A stretch of DNA of 64,000 nucleotides from Vicinamibacteria bacterium. Lineage in GTDB: Bacteria; Acidobacteriota; Vicinamibacteria; Marinacidobacterales; Marinacidobacteraceae. Made by a program: the position numbers and the translations under genes. Shown here piece by piece: positions 48,967 through 58,523 of the stretch. Below the pieces are notes generated by a model. That model saw only the letters and a program-made list of their open reading frames with translations, was not told the DNA's origin and made no database searches. The stretch is taken from positions 3,808,001 through 3,872,000 of the forward strand of contig CAXXLQ010000004.1 of assembly GCA_963668695.2 (NCBI GenBank). Reading direction: 5' to 3'. Every line of letters starts with the position of its first letter. Position 1 is the first letter of the stretch.

Positions 48967-49337
48967 TCGTCCATCTCGACACCTCGGCGCTCGTGGACGC
49001 GCTGGCCGGCCAGAGGTCCTCGCTCACACGGCTCATCGCTCTCGTGGACGCGGGACACCGCCTGAACATTTCCGCCCCCGTCCTCTACGAGTGGCTACGG
49101 GGACCCAGAACTCTCGACGAATTAAGGGATCAGGAGGCGCTTCTGCCTCGCCGCGCTGCCGTCCCTTTCGATACCGACGCCGCGGCGGCCGCGGCCGATC
49201 TCTATTCCGGACTCGGGAGGGCGCGCGGCCGCGAAACGGACCTGGCGGTCGCGGCGTGTGCGATCACGCAGGACGCCGCGCTCTGGTCCCTGAATGAGGA
49301 GGATTTCCAGGACATTCCCGGCCTCAACCTGGTGTAG
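48963..49337 (+). CDS. vapC: VapC-family PIN toxin
   Basis: HLDTSALV, LYEW, DLAVAACA, SLNEEDF. Confidence 0.85.
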   Translation: MIVHLDTSALVDALAGQRSSLTRLIALVDAGHRLNISAPVLYEWLRGPRTLDELRDQEALLPRRAAVPFDTDAAAAAADLYSGLGRARGRETDLAVAACAITQDAALWSLNEEDFQDIPGLNLV

Positions 49338-49385
49338 CCGGCCGGCGCCCGACGACCGAATTCGTCCGGATCGGTCGGTTTCCCG

Positions 49386-50183
49386 CTACGGGAACTCGAG
49401 ATCGCAGAGGACCGGCGCGTGGTCGGAGGGAATGTCCTCACCCTTCCGCTGACGCCGCTCGTCCCGGTCTACCCGGACCGATCCGATCCGACCGGCGAGA
49501 GGACCGGTCAGATAGATGTGATCGATGCGGGCGCCGACGTTCCTGGCGAAGGCCAGGCGGGTGTAGTCCCACCAGGTGTAGAGGCCCTTTTCCGGTTCCG
49601 CCCCCTCCGCGTAGACCGTTCGATAGGCATCGGACAGTCCCCACGCGGCAACGCCTCGGAGCGCCGTGCGGGCGTCCGGGTGGCAGAGCACCCCTCCCGG
49701 GTCCGCCACCGCGGCGTCTTGGTCCTTCGGGGCCACGTTGAAGTCTCCGCAGAGGATGAGCGGCTCCGCGGGATCCGCGTTGCCGGCAAGATGGTCCCGG
49801 AGCGCTCCGAGCCATTCCAGCTTGTACTTCCAGTCGTCGGTGCGGCTCACCGCCTTCCCGTTCGGTACGTAGGCGGTGATCACCCGGCATCCCGCCGCGC
49901 GGACGTCCAGCAGGCGCGCCTCGCCGCGCTCCCGGCACGGAGGAAGGCCGCGCTCCAGAACCTCCAGAGACTCGCGGGCGAGGATGGCCACCCCGTTCCT
50001 CGCGGCCTGGGCGTGCACGACGGCCCGGTAGCCGGCAGCCTCGATATCCAGCCAGGGGAAGGCCTCCGCGGGAGCGCGAAGCTCCTGGAGACAGAGGATG
50101 TCGGGCTCGTGTCTTGCGAGCAGACGGAGCAGGCGAGGCCGGCGCGTCCGGATCGAATTCAGGTTCCAGGTAATGACGCGCAA
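49386..50183 (-). CDS. xth: Exodeoxyribonuclease III
   Basis: TWNLNS, LCLQE, YVPNG, GDFNVA, YTWWDY, RIDH, SDHAPV. Confidence 0.93.
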   Translation of the reverse strand: MRVITWNLNSIRTRRPRLLRLLARHEPDILCLQELRAPAEAFPWLDIEAAGYRAVVHAQAARNGVAILARESLEVLERGLPPCRERGEARLLDVRAAGCRVITAYVPNGKAVSRTDDWKYKLEWLGALRDHLAGNADPAEPLILCGDFNVAPKDQDAAVADPGGVLCHPDARTALRGVAAWGLSDAYRTVYAEGAEPEKGLYTWWDYTRLAFARNVGARIDHIYLTGPLAGRIGSVRVDRDERRQRKGEDIPSDHAPVLCDLEFP

Positions 50184-50247
50184 CGAGACAACCGGGCCGG
50201 ATCATAGACGGCCCTCAGCCCCTACACTTGGCACCCGCCGACCCCGC

Positions 50248-50496
50248 ATGAAAGCCTTCTTTCCGATGCCGCCGCGCGAGCGCGTCGCGCTCTTCGCCCT
50301 GGTCGCCTTCTCGACGATCGCCTTCCTGCCGGTGTTCGGAGAAACGTCGGTGCTCGGCGTCGCGGTCTTCGGTTGGCTGATGGCGGTGCTGCTGCTCGGA
50401 TCGCCGGCGATGCTTCTCCTGTTGCTCCTTGCCGAGCCGGACAGGGGAAGCGGCCAGGAGAATCACGAATCGGCGGAACTCCGCCCGGATCCATGA
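50248..50496 (+). CDS. Small 2-TM membrane protein, probable symporter accessory subunit
   Basis: Two hydrophobic helices; ATGA overlap with downstream symporter. Confidence 0.6.
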   Translation: MKAFFPMPPRERVALFALVAFSTIAFLPVFGETSVLGVAVFGWLMAVLLLGSPAMLLLLLLAEPDRGSGQENHESAELRPDP

Positions 50497-51923
50497 TCGA
50501 ACGCTGGCTCGTCCTCGCCTACCTGCTGGTATGCGTGGTGGTCGGCGCGCTGGCCACCCGCCGCGTGCTCGGCTCGGCGGACGAGTACTGGGTGGCCGGG
50601 CGCCGCGTCGGGACGGGGGTCAACGCGCTCGCAATCATGGCGAGCCTGGCAAGCGGCGGCTCGCTGATCGGAGTGTTGGGCCTTGCCTACCGGGACGGCA
50701 TTCCCGCAACGCTCGCGCTGTTCGCAGGGGCGGTGGTCGGGTTTCCGCTCGCCACCATCCTGGTCGCCGCGCCGCTTCGCCGACTGGCGAAATTCACGAT
50801 CACCGACTTCATGGTTTTCCGCTACCCCCACGGACTGGTGCGGGCGCTGGTCCCGGCGATCATCGTGGTGTCGCTGACCGTCTACATGGTGGCCCAGATG
50901 AAGGCCGCCGGGATCACCGCCGAGGCCCTGCTGGGCGTGGACTACGGGACCGCGATCACCGTCGCCACCCTCGTGTTCGTCCTCTACGTGTCCTTCGGCG
51001 GAATGGTTGCCGTAACGGTCACCGACGTGATGCAGGGGGCTTTGTTGTTCCTCCTGATGGGGGCTACCGCCGTCATCCTGGCGCTTTCCGCGGGCTCGCC
51101 GTTCGCGTCGCTCCAGGCGGCGACCGCGGCCTCCCCGGCCTTCGGACAGCTCCCCCCGGGGGGATCCGGCTACCTGAGCTACTTCGTGATCTGGGCTTCG
51201 GCGATTCCGGTGATCCCCCACATCGTGATGCGGGTGGCCACCGCCCGGAATCCGCAAAGCGCCCGGGTCTCGCTGAACCTGGCGACGGCCATGTACGGCG
51301 TGATGATCCTGGCGGCGATCCTGCTCATCGCCCCGGTGGGGATCCTCGAATTCCCCGGGCTGACCGACCCGGATCAGGTGTTCCTGCGCATCGTGGGCGA
51401 TCACTTTCCCCCGGTGCTGCGCGGGCTTGCGGTGGCGGCGGTGCTGGCGGCGGTGATGTCCACCACCGATGCCTTCCTGCTGGCGGTGAGTTCCGCGGTC
51501 GCCCACGACTTGCTGGGCGGCTACCTGTCCCGGAAGAGCAAACGAGCGCAGGCCGCCGCCCGCCTCGGAACCACCTGGCTCGTGGGGGCCGCGGCGCTCT
51601 ACTGGGCCTGGTCGCCGCCCGAGTTGCTCACTCAGTTCTATACCGCCGGCGTCGGTCTGCTCTCGGCGGGGCTCTTCGTGCCGGTGGTCTTCGGCATCTG
51701 GTGGCGGCGGGCGAATCTGGTGGGCGGCGTTTTGGCGCTCGTGTCCGGAGTGACCACCTATTCCGTGCTGCTGCTCGCGGGCCCACAGCTCGGAATCGGG
51801 ATCGGTCCCATTCTGCTGGCGCTTCCCGTGAGTCTGTTGGCGATGCTGATCGGCGGGCTGTGGGGCGGACGCGATCCCGCCGAGCGGTTAAGGGCCGTCG
51901 AACGACTCCACGGGGCGCAGTAA
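50493..51923 (+). CDS. Sodium:solute symporter (ActP/PutP-like)
   Basis: YWVAGRRV, SFGGMVAVTVTDVMQ, PHIVMR, AAVMSTTD. Confidence 0.9.
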   Translation: MIERWLVLAYLLVCVVVGALATRRVLGSADEYWVAGRRVGTGVNALAIMASLASGGSLIGVLGLAYRDGIPATLALFAGAVVGFPLATILVAAPLRRLAKFTITDFMVFRYPHGLVRALVPAIIVVSLTVYMVAQMKAAGITAEALLGVDYGTAITVATLVFVLYVSFGGMVAVTVTDVMQGALLFLLMGATAVILALSAGSPFASLQAATAASPAFGQLPPGGSGYLSYFVIWASAIPVIPHIVMRVATARNPQSARVSLNLATAMYGVMILAAILLIAPVGILEFPGLTDPDQVFLRIVGDHFPPVLRGLAVAAVLAAVMSTTDAFLLAVSSAVAHDLLGGYLSRKSKRAQAAARLGTTWLVGAAALYWAWSPPELLTQFYTAGVGLLSAGLFVPVVFGIWWRRANLVGGVLALVSGVTTYSVLLLAGPQLGIGIGPILLALPVSLLAMLIGGLWGGRDPAERLRAVERLHGAQ

Positions 51924-51927
51924 GGGT

Positions 51928-52166
51928 TAACAGCCTGTGGTGAAACCCGCGCGGCCCAGTTCTCCCGGTGGGGGCTCGGCCGGCGATCCATCCCGGCTGA
52001 ACCACTCCGCTTCGCTGCGTTCTGCGTTGCGTTTCGGTCGAAATACACCGGGTATTCCTCCCTCACGCGCCTTGTCAGCCGGGCCCCCACCGGGAGGACT
52101 GGCCCCACCGGGAGAACTGGGCCTCACCGGCCTCGGCGCTCACCCGGGTTCCACCACAGGCTGTTA
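51928..52166. mobile_element. MITE-like element, TIR subtype 1 (copy F)
   Basis: TAacagcctgtggtgaaaccc...gggttccaccacaggctgtTA. Confidence 0.8.
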
Positions 52167-52170
52167 GACG

Positions 52171-53619
52171 TTGCCGGCCGCTATCTCGGGGGCCGTACTT
52201 CTTCTCTACACCGCCCTTCTGTTCGGGATCGCGTGGATCTCCAGTCGCCGCGTCCACAACTTCTCGGACTACCTGGTCGCCGGCCGGCGTCTCGGGACAC
52301 CGCTCGCCTCGCTGAGCCTGCTCGCCACCTGGTTCGGGGCCGGCACGCTCCTCGCTTCCGCCGAAGAAGTCCGGTCCGTAGGGTTGTCGGCAGCCGCCCT
52401 GGAGCCCATCGGTCCTGGGATCTGCTTGTTGCTGGTCGGTCTGTTCTACGCGGCCCCGCTCCGGCGGCAGGGGCTCCTGACGCTCGGGGATTTCTTCGCC
52501 GGCCGTTTCGGCCGAAGCGCGGAGATCGTCTCGGCCGCCATCATGGTTCCGAGCTTTTTCGGCTGGATCGCCGCCCAGTTCTCGGTGTTGGCCGCGCTCC
52601 TCGGCGAACTCTTCCAAATCCCGCTCGCTGCGGGTCTCCTGTTGGTCGCCGCCGTTGCCATCGGCTACACGCTGATCGGGGGGATGTGGTCGGTGACCCT
52701 CACCGACGCGGTACAAGGGGTCATCGTGGGCTTCGCGCTCATCGCCCTCGGGGTTTCCGCCCTGGCCGAACTGGGCGCCGGATCGGCCTTGGGAGGGCTG
52801 GCCCGGCTCGGACGCGAGACGCCGCCGGACCTGCTCGCCGTCGTACCCGGCGAAATGACCGCGCTGTTCGCCTGGTCCGGACTCCTGATCGCAGGCGCCC
52901 TCGGGAACATCCCCGGACAGGACGTGCTGCAGCGGGTGTTCTCCTCACGCTCGGAACAGGTGGCCCGGCGCGCCTGCCTGATCGCCGGCAGCCTCTACCT
53001 CGGCCTCGGCGCCATCCCGGTGATGCTGGGACTGGCCAGCCGCCTCCTGCTACCCGGGCATGAAGGCGACATGCTGGCCGCGCTCGGCCGCATTCTCTTC
53101 AGTCCCCTCGCAGCACTGGGGCTCATCTTGCTGGTGGTTTCGGCGCTCCTGTCGACCGTGGACAGCGCGCTAATATCGGCCGCGTCCGTACTGGCGCAGA
53201 ACCTGCTCCGCCACCCCCTGCCCCGGGTGGGGCTCTTGCGGTTGAGCCGGCTCTCAGTCCTGATGGTCGGTGCGGCGAGTCTCTTCTATGCGTTTCGTGG
53301 TCTCAATGCGTACTCCCTGCTGGAGGACGCGTACGAGCTCACGCTCGTGGGGCTGTTCGTACCGTTGACCGCAGGACTCTTCTCGGAACGCGGCGGACGC
53401 TTCGCCGCGCTCACCTCGATGGCCGGCGGCACCGTTTTGTGGATCATTCATCTGGCGTTCGGGTGGGACTGGTTCCTCGAGCCCGCGCTGTATTCCGCCG
53501 GCATAACGATTCCGAAGGCCATCGGCCTGACGGCCGCGAGCGGCGCCGGGTACCTGCTCGGGGCGGCCTTCGACACCGCGAGCCGGCGGCGGCCCCCGCG
53601 CCCGGGAGCCGCCGCCTGA
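52171..53619 (+). CDS. Sodium:solute symporter (high-affinity choline transporter-like)
   Basis: YLVAGRRL, ATWFGAG, GGMWSVTLTDAVQ, GNIPGQDVLQRV. Confidence 0.88.
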   Translation: MPAAISGAVLLLYTALLFGIAWISSRRVHNFSDYLVAGRRLGTPLASLSLLATWFGAGTLLASAEEVRSVGLSAAALEPIGPGICLLLVGLFYAAPLRRQGLLTLGDFFAGRFGRSAEIVSAAIMVPSFFGWIAAQFSVLAALLGELFQIPLAAGLLLVAAVAIGYTLIGGMWSVTLTDAVQGVIVGFALIALGVSALAELGAGSALGGLARLGRETPPDLLAVVPGEMTALFAWSGLLIAGALGNIPGQDVLQRVFSSRSEQVARRACLIAGSLYLGLGAIPVMLGLASRLLLPGHEGDMLAALGRILFSPLAALGLILLVVSALLSTVDSALISAASVLAQNLLRHPLPRVGLLRLSRLSVLMVGAASLFYAFRGLNAYSLLEDAYELTLVGLFVPLTAGLFSERGGRFAALTSMAGGTVLWIIHLAFGWDWFLEPALYSAGITIPKAIGLTAASGAGYLLGAAFDTASRRRPPRPGAAA

Positions 53620-53626
53620 GCGCCCG

Positions 53627-55066
53627 ATGAGCGAGTTCCGCAACCGCGCCGAATCGCTGCGGCGCCGCTCCCGTGCGCTCGAGCCGGATGCGGAAGAGCG
53701 GCGCACGCTCACCGAGGCAACCATCCGCCACACCGAGGAGTTTCTGGAGGGCCTGATCAGCGGCCCGTCCTGGGTTCCGCCGAGGGAATCCCGGGAAATC
53801 AACGAACTTCCCATCGGCGCGGAAGGCCGCCCCTTTCCCGAACTCCTGGATCTGGTTCGGCGAGAGGTCGAGCAGCAGGGTCTGAACCCTGCATCCCCGC
53901 GCGATCTGGGCTACGTCCCCGGCGGCGGGATTTTCGTATCGGCGCTCGGCGACTACCTGGCGGCCGTCGGGAATGCATTCGCCGGGTATTTCCCCGCCTC
54001 GCCGGGAGCGGCCCGCGTGGAAAACCGGCTCGTGGAATGGATCGCCGAGATCGTGGGCTACCCGAAAGAAGCCGGAGGGACGCTGACTTCAGGGGGAAGC
54101 GTCGCCACCCTGACCGGGGTCATCGCCGCCCGCGAGGCCAAGGGACTCCGCTCAACCGACTTCTCCCGGGCATCGATCTACGTGACCAGCCAGGAGCACT
54201 ATTCGGTCCGCAAGGCGGTCCACCTCGCGGGTGTGGGTGAGGCGCCCTGCCGGATCGTCGCCGTGGACGGCGCTTTCCGCATGGCTCCGGAATCCCTGGC
54301 CGCCCAGATCCGGAAGGATCGCGCCGACGGCCTGCTGCCCTGGCTCGTAGTCAGCACCGCCGGCACCACGAACACCGGCGCGGTGGATCCGCTGGACGCG
54401 ATATCCGAGATCGCGCGGGCCGCCGGCGTCTGGCACCATGTGGACGCGGCCTACGGCGGGTTCTACCTGCTCGTTCCGGCGCGGCGGGATCTGTTCCGGG
54501 GCATCGAGAAGTCGGACTCCGTCGTACTGGATCCCCACAAGAGCCTGTTTCTTCCCTATGGAAGCGGCGCGCTCGTGGTCCGGAATGCGGCGCACTTCGA
54601 CACGTTCCGCTTCCAGGCCCCCTATCTCCTTGATAAGCCGCAGGAGGAAGTCTCCCCTTCCGAGCGGTCGATCGAGCTCACCCGGCACTTCCGCGGGATG
54701 CGCCTCTTCCTGCCGCTGCTACTCCACGGCACCGAGGCATTCGCGGCCGCGCTCGAAGAGAAGTGGTGGCTTGCCCGCTACCTCCAGGACGAACTCGGTC
54801 GCTGGGAGGACATCGAGGTGGGGCCGGAGCCCGCACTTTCGACCATGTGCTTCCGCTACCGGCCGGAAGGTCGGACCGAAGAGGAAACGGATGAACTCAA
54901 CCGCCGGATCGTCGCGGCGCTCCACGCCGACGGCCGGATCTTCATCACCGCCACCTACCTGAACGAACGCTTCTGGCTCCGGCCCTCGATCGGCATCTTC
55001 CGCACCCACATCGAGCACCTCGACGAGTTTCTGGAGATCCTGAAAGGCTTCATCGCGGAGCTCTGA
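53627..55066 (+). CDS. Group II PLP-dependent decarboxylase (aromatic-L-amino-acid decarboxylase-like)
   Basis: TSGGSVA, HYSVRKA, AGTTNTGAVD, HVDAAYGG, DPHK. Confidence 0.9.
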   Translation: MSEFRNRAESLRRRSRALEPDAEERRTLTEATIRHTEEFLEGLISGPSWVPPRESREINELPIGAEGRPFPELLDLVRREVEQQGLNPASPRDLGYVPGGGIFVSALGDYLAAVGNAFAGYFPASPGAARVENRLVEWIAEIVGYPKEAGGTLTSGGSVATLTGVIAAREAKGLRSTDFSRASIYVTSQEHYSVRKAVHLAGVGEAPCRIVAVDGAFRMAPESLAAQIRKDRADGLLPWLVVSTAGTTNTGAVDPLDAISEIARAAGVWHHVDAAYGGFYLLVPARRDLFRGIEKSDSVVLDPHKSLFLPYGSGALVVRNAAHFDTFRFQAPYLLDKPQEEVSPSERSIELTRHFRGMRLFLPLLLHGTEAFAAALEEKWWLARYLQDELGRWEDIEVGPEPALSTMCFRYRPEGRTEEETDELNRRIVAALHADGRIFITATYLNERFWLRPSIGIFRTHIEHLDEFLEILKGFIAEL

Positions 55067-55102
55067 GGCAAGAGACCGCCAACAGGCCGGGCGGCACCGC
55101 CA

Positions 55103-55231
55103 GCGAGGGGCCCCCACCGGGAGAACTGGCCGCCGACCTCCAGGTCGGCACTGCGAGGGGCCCCCACCGGGAGAACTGGCCGCCGACCTCCAGGTCGGCC
55201 CAGCGAGAGACCGCCGACCTCCAGGTCGGCA
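55103..55231. repeat. 50-bp tandem repeat x2 plus partial: 20-bp MITE motif fused to REP-like palindrome
   Basis: gcgaggggcccccaccgggagaactggccgccgacctccaggtcggc at 55103 and 55153; third palindrome ends ~55230. Confidence 0.8.
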
Positions 55232-55399
55232 ACTGCCGCGCGCAAGCGCGGCGAAACGCGGTCTACAACCCTTATTCCTTGCAAATCGTCCCGTGGACGG
55301 TACGTTTTGCACGGAACACCGTCCCTTTGTCCCTGTCAGGCCGCGCGTCGGTATCACGAGCGTTAATGCCGGCAGACCTGCGGTAGGCTCCATCCAGCC

Positions 55400-55777
55400 A
55401 TGGGTCGAGCGGCGGTGCAAGGGAACCCCGATCCTCCTGGGGCCGCTGCGGTGACCGACGCCGTGATCGCCGAGATGGTCGAGACGCTCGTAATGGAGGC
55501 CGATCCCGAACAGGTCATCCTCTTCGGGTCTCGCGGCCGCGGCGACGCGCGGGCCGACTCGGACGTGGACCTGATCGTGGTGGAGGCGGAACCCTTCGGT
55601 CCCGGCCGGGACCGCGTGAAGGAGATGGCGCGGCTCTACAAGGCGCTCGCTGGATTTCTGGTTCCGGCCGACATCCTCGTGTACTCGCGAGAGGATGTGG
55701 AGTACTGGCGGGATTCGCTGAACCATGTCCTGGCGCGAGCGCTCCGCGAAGGCAGGGTCGTCTATGAGCGACCCTAG
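55400..55777 (+). CDS. Minimal nucleotidyltransferase (MNT) antitoxin; start may be GTG 55451
   Basis: VILFGSRGRGDARADSDVDL, ADIL, ALREG. Confidence 0.88.
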   Translation: MGRAAVQGNPDPPGAAAVTDAVIAEMVETLVMEADPEQVILFGSRGRGDARADSDVDLIVVEAEPFGPGRDRVKEMARLYKALAGFLVPADILVYSREDVEYWRDSLNHVLARALREGRVVYERP

Positions 55778-56186
55778 GTGCGCCGACGCGATGCTTCGAG
55801 CGGCGGAGCGCGATCTGCTGACCCTCCGGAGCATGAATCACGAAGCGCCGGAAGAGTCCTTCGGGTTCCACCTCCAGCAGGCCGCCGAGAAGGCTTTGAA
55901 AGCATGGATCGCGGCACTGGGGGACGAGTATCCGCTGACGCACAGCATTGAAACGCTGGCGAGCCGCCTCCGAGCCCTTTCCGTGGTGACGGAGCCCTTC
56001 GCACCGCTCGCCGAATTCACGCCCTACGCCGTGACCTTTCGGTATGAGGGGGTCGGTCCGGAAGCCGAACCCATCGACCGCGAAGCGATGATCGCACTGC
56101 TTGACGCGCTGCTTGAGCGAGTGCGCGCCGAGGTCCGCAGTGGGCCTGAGGCACCGAGGTCACCTACCGACCGTCCGCCTGAGTAA
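55764..56186 (+). CDS. HEPN domain protein
   Basis: FHLQQAAEKALKA, YPLTHSI, YAVTFRY; overlaps MNT gene. Confidence 0.88.
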   Translation: MSDPRCADAMLRAAERDLLTLRSMNHEAPEESFGFHLQQAAEKALKAWIAALGDEYPLTHSIETLASRLRALSVVTEPFAPLAEFTPYAVTFRYEGVGPEAEPIDREAMIALLDALLERVRAEVRSGPEAPRSPTDRPPE

Positions 56187-56199
56187 CCCGCGGCACGTT

Positions 56200-56614
56200 A
56201 CTCCCGCGACCTGGGATCACGATCCCGACCGAGACACTGCGGCGGTCTGGACCATGATCGCTCACCACCAGTTGGCCGGACACGAAGGTGGGGGCGTCTT
56301 TCGAGGGGTTCGCGATCAAGCAGGTGCTGTCCTGCCTGGGGCTCGGAAACGCGTCCTTCCGGGGCACCCAGGGCCGAGCCGAGCTCGACCTGTTGATCAC
56401 CCACCGCGGGAAGCGATACGGCTTCGAGGTCAAGTACGCGGACGCACCGGGCACGACACGGTCAATGCACACCGCCATCGCGGATCTGGGACTCGAACAC
56501 CGGTGGGTGATCTATCCGGGGAGCGAGCGCTACCGGTTGCGCGAGAAGATCACCGCGCTGCCGATCGGTCACGTTCCCTTCGTATTTGGCGACGGGAGTC
56601 CGGTTATCCCCTGA
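56200..56614 (+). pseudogene. Remnant of AAA-ATPase/DUF4143 gene with internal deletion and frameshifts
   Basis: Fragments LGITIPTETLRR/WTMIAHH directly joined to KVGASFEGFAI...ELDLL...GFEVK. Confidence 0.65.
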
Positions 56615-56639
56615 GAACTGCCGGTCGCGGCTTGGCCTT

Positions 56640-57044
56640 TAACAGCCTGTGGTGAAACCCACGTGAGCGCCGAGGCCGGCCAGTTCTCCCGGTGGGGGCG
56701 AGGCCCAGTTCTCCCGGTGGGGGTCCGGCTGACAAGGCGCGTGAGGGAGGAATACCGCGTGTATTCCGACCGAAACGCAACGCAGAACGCAGCGAAGCGG
56801 AGTGGTGAACAGCCGGTGGTGGAACCCACGGGAGCGCCGAGGCCGGCGAGGCGCCCGGTTGACAAGGCGCGTGAGGGAGGAATACCGCGTGTATTTCGAC
56901 CGAAACGCAACGATGAGCGGCGCGCAGCGACGCGGTTCAGCCGGGATGGATCGCCGGGCGAACGCCGCGTGGGTTTCATCACCGGTTGTTTGGCCGGGAT
57001 GGATCGCCGGTCGAACGCCGCGTGGGTTTTGCCACAGGCTGTTA
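56640..57044. mobile_element. MITE-like element, subtype 1, nested/dimeric (copy H)
   Basis: TAacagcctgtggtgaaaccc...gggttttgccacaggctgtTA; second left end ~56808, second right end ~56970-56990; right TA forms stop of convergent gene. Confidence 0.75.
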
Positions 57045-58346
57045 CGGGCTCTTGACCACCTCGCCGCCCTTCATGACGAACTTCACGTCCTCGAGGAGCC
57101 GGATGTCGTCGAGCGGGTTGCCCGCCACCGCGATGATGTCGGCCAGCTTGCCGTCCTCGATAGAGCCGAGGTCCGCCTCCCAGCGGAGCAGTTCCGCGGC
57201 GTTGATGGTGGCCGTCTGGATCGCCGCCATCGGCGAGATGTCCATCGCATCCACCATGATGGCGAAGTCCCGGGCGTTCCTGCCGTGCGGGAACACCGCG
57301 GCGTCCGTCCCGTAGGCGAACTTCACGCCGGCGTGGAAAGCGGCGGCGAGCCGCTCGCGCTGCTGGGCCGCCATCTCTTTCGCCTTCTGGATGGCGTATT
57401 CGGGGATGTCGTTGTCGGCCCCTTCGTCAATGATGTAGTCGAGTGTGTAGAGGGTGGGAACGACGAAGGTGCCGTGCTCCTTTGCGAGGCGGATCCCCTC
57501 GTCGTCGATCAGGGTTCCGTGCTCGATGCTGGCCACCCCGGCGCGGATCGCATCGTTCATGGCCGCCGGCGAGTGGGCGTGCGCCGCCACCGGGGTGTCG
57601 AGCATGTCCGCGGTCTCGACGATCGCCTTCAGTTCATCGAAGGAGTACGCCTGGTCGTACACCGAGTCGCCGTGCGAAAGCACCCCGCCGGAGGCGGTCA
57701 CCTTGATGACGTCGGCGCCGTACTTGACCTGGTAGCGCACGGCGCGGCGCAGCTCGTCGGCGCCATCCGCGATCATCGCGTAGCCGGGGGTCGGCACGTC
57801 GGGGTTCCAGCCGTTGATGTCGGCGTGTCCGCCCGTCGAACCCACGCCCCAGGTCGCCGCCTGGATCCGGGGTCCCGGAACGACGCCCCGCTCGATCATG
57901 TCGCGGAGCGCCGCGTCGTGATAGTTCCCCGCGCCGATGTTGCGAACGCTGGTGAAGCCCTTTTCCAGGGTGATCTTCGCGTGCGCCACCGCGTAGATCG
58001 CCTCGTGGGCGACCGTCTCCCGCATCTTCTGGGTGTCCCCGCCGTCGCCCGGAATGCCGCCGAGGTGGACGTGGCAGTCGAAGAGTCCGGGAAGGATGGT
58101 GTGGCCGCTCAGATCCAGCACGGTCGCACCCGGCGGGATCGGAATCGCCCCCATGGGGCCGACAGCGGTGATCCGCTCTCCCTCGATGACCACCTCGGGG
58201 TTCAGGATGGGAGGGACGTCGGTGCCGACAATGAGCCGGTCGGCCCGGATCACCACCGCAGTTTCGGACTGCCATCCGGCCGCTGGAAGCGCGGCGAGAA
58301 CGGCGACGCCGAGGGCGAGAGTCAAGCGGCAGAACGAATTGCGCAT
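57042..58346 (-). CDS. Exported amidohydrolase (Xaa-Pro dipeptidase/carboxypeptidase-like)
   Basis: PGLFDCHVH, GGHAD, GADVIK, AAHAH, SIEHG, YGTDA. Confidence 0.9.
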   Translation of the reverse strand: MRNSFCRLTLALGVAVLAALPAAGWQSETAVVIRADRLIVGTDVPPILNPEVVIEGERITAVGPMGAIPIPPGATVLDLSGHTILPGLFDCHVHLGGIPGDGGDTQKMRETVAHEAIYAVAHAKITLEKGFTSVRNIGAGNYHDAALRDMIERGVVPGPRIQAATWGVGSTGGHADINGWNPDVPTPGYAMIADGADELRRAVRYQVKYGADVIKVTASGGVLSHGDSVYDQAYSFDELKAIVETADMLDTPVAAHAHSPAAMNDAIRAGVASIEHGTLIDDEGIRLAKEHGTFVVPTLYTLDYIIDEGADNDIPEYAIQKAKEMAAQQRERLAAAFHAGVKFAYGTDAAVFPHGRNARDFAIMVDAMDISPMAAIQTATINAAELLRWEADLGSIEDGKLADIIAVAGNPLDDIRLLEDVKFVMKGGEVVKSP

Positions 58347-58523
58347 CGGAAATCCCTCCGGGAGAAGCGGGCGATCGTACCCGGATTTCGGTGGGGCCAG
58401 GCACCTTCAGCGCTGTCCGGGGAGGCGAAATTGCGCATCTCGCCCCGCTCCGGGGGGCGGTTCCCGCCCCCACCAGGAGAACTGGCCGGCGTTCCCGCAT
58501 TCCCGGCGGATAATCGGCGGGTC

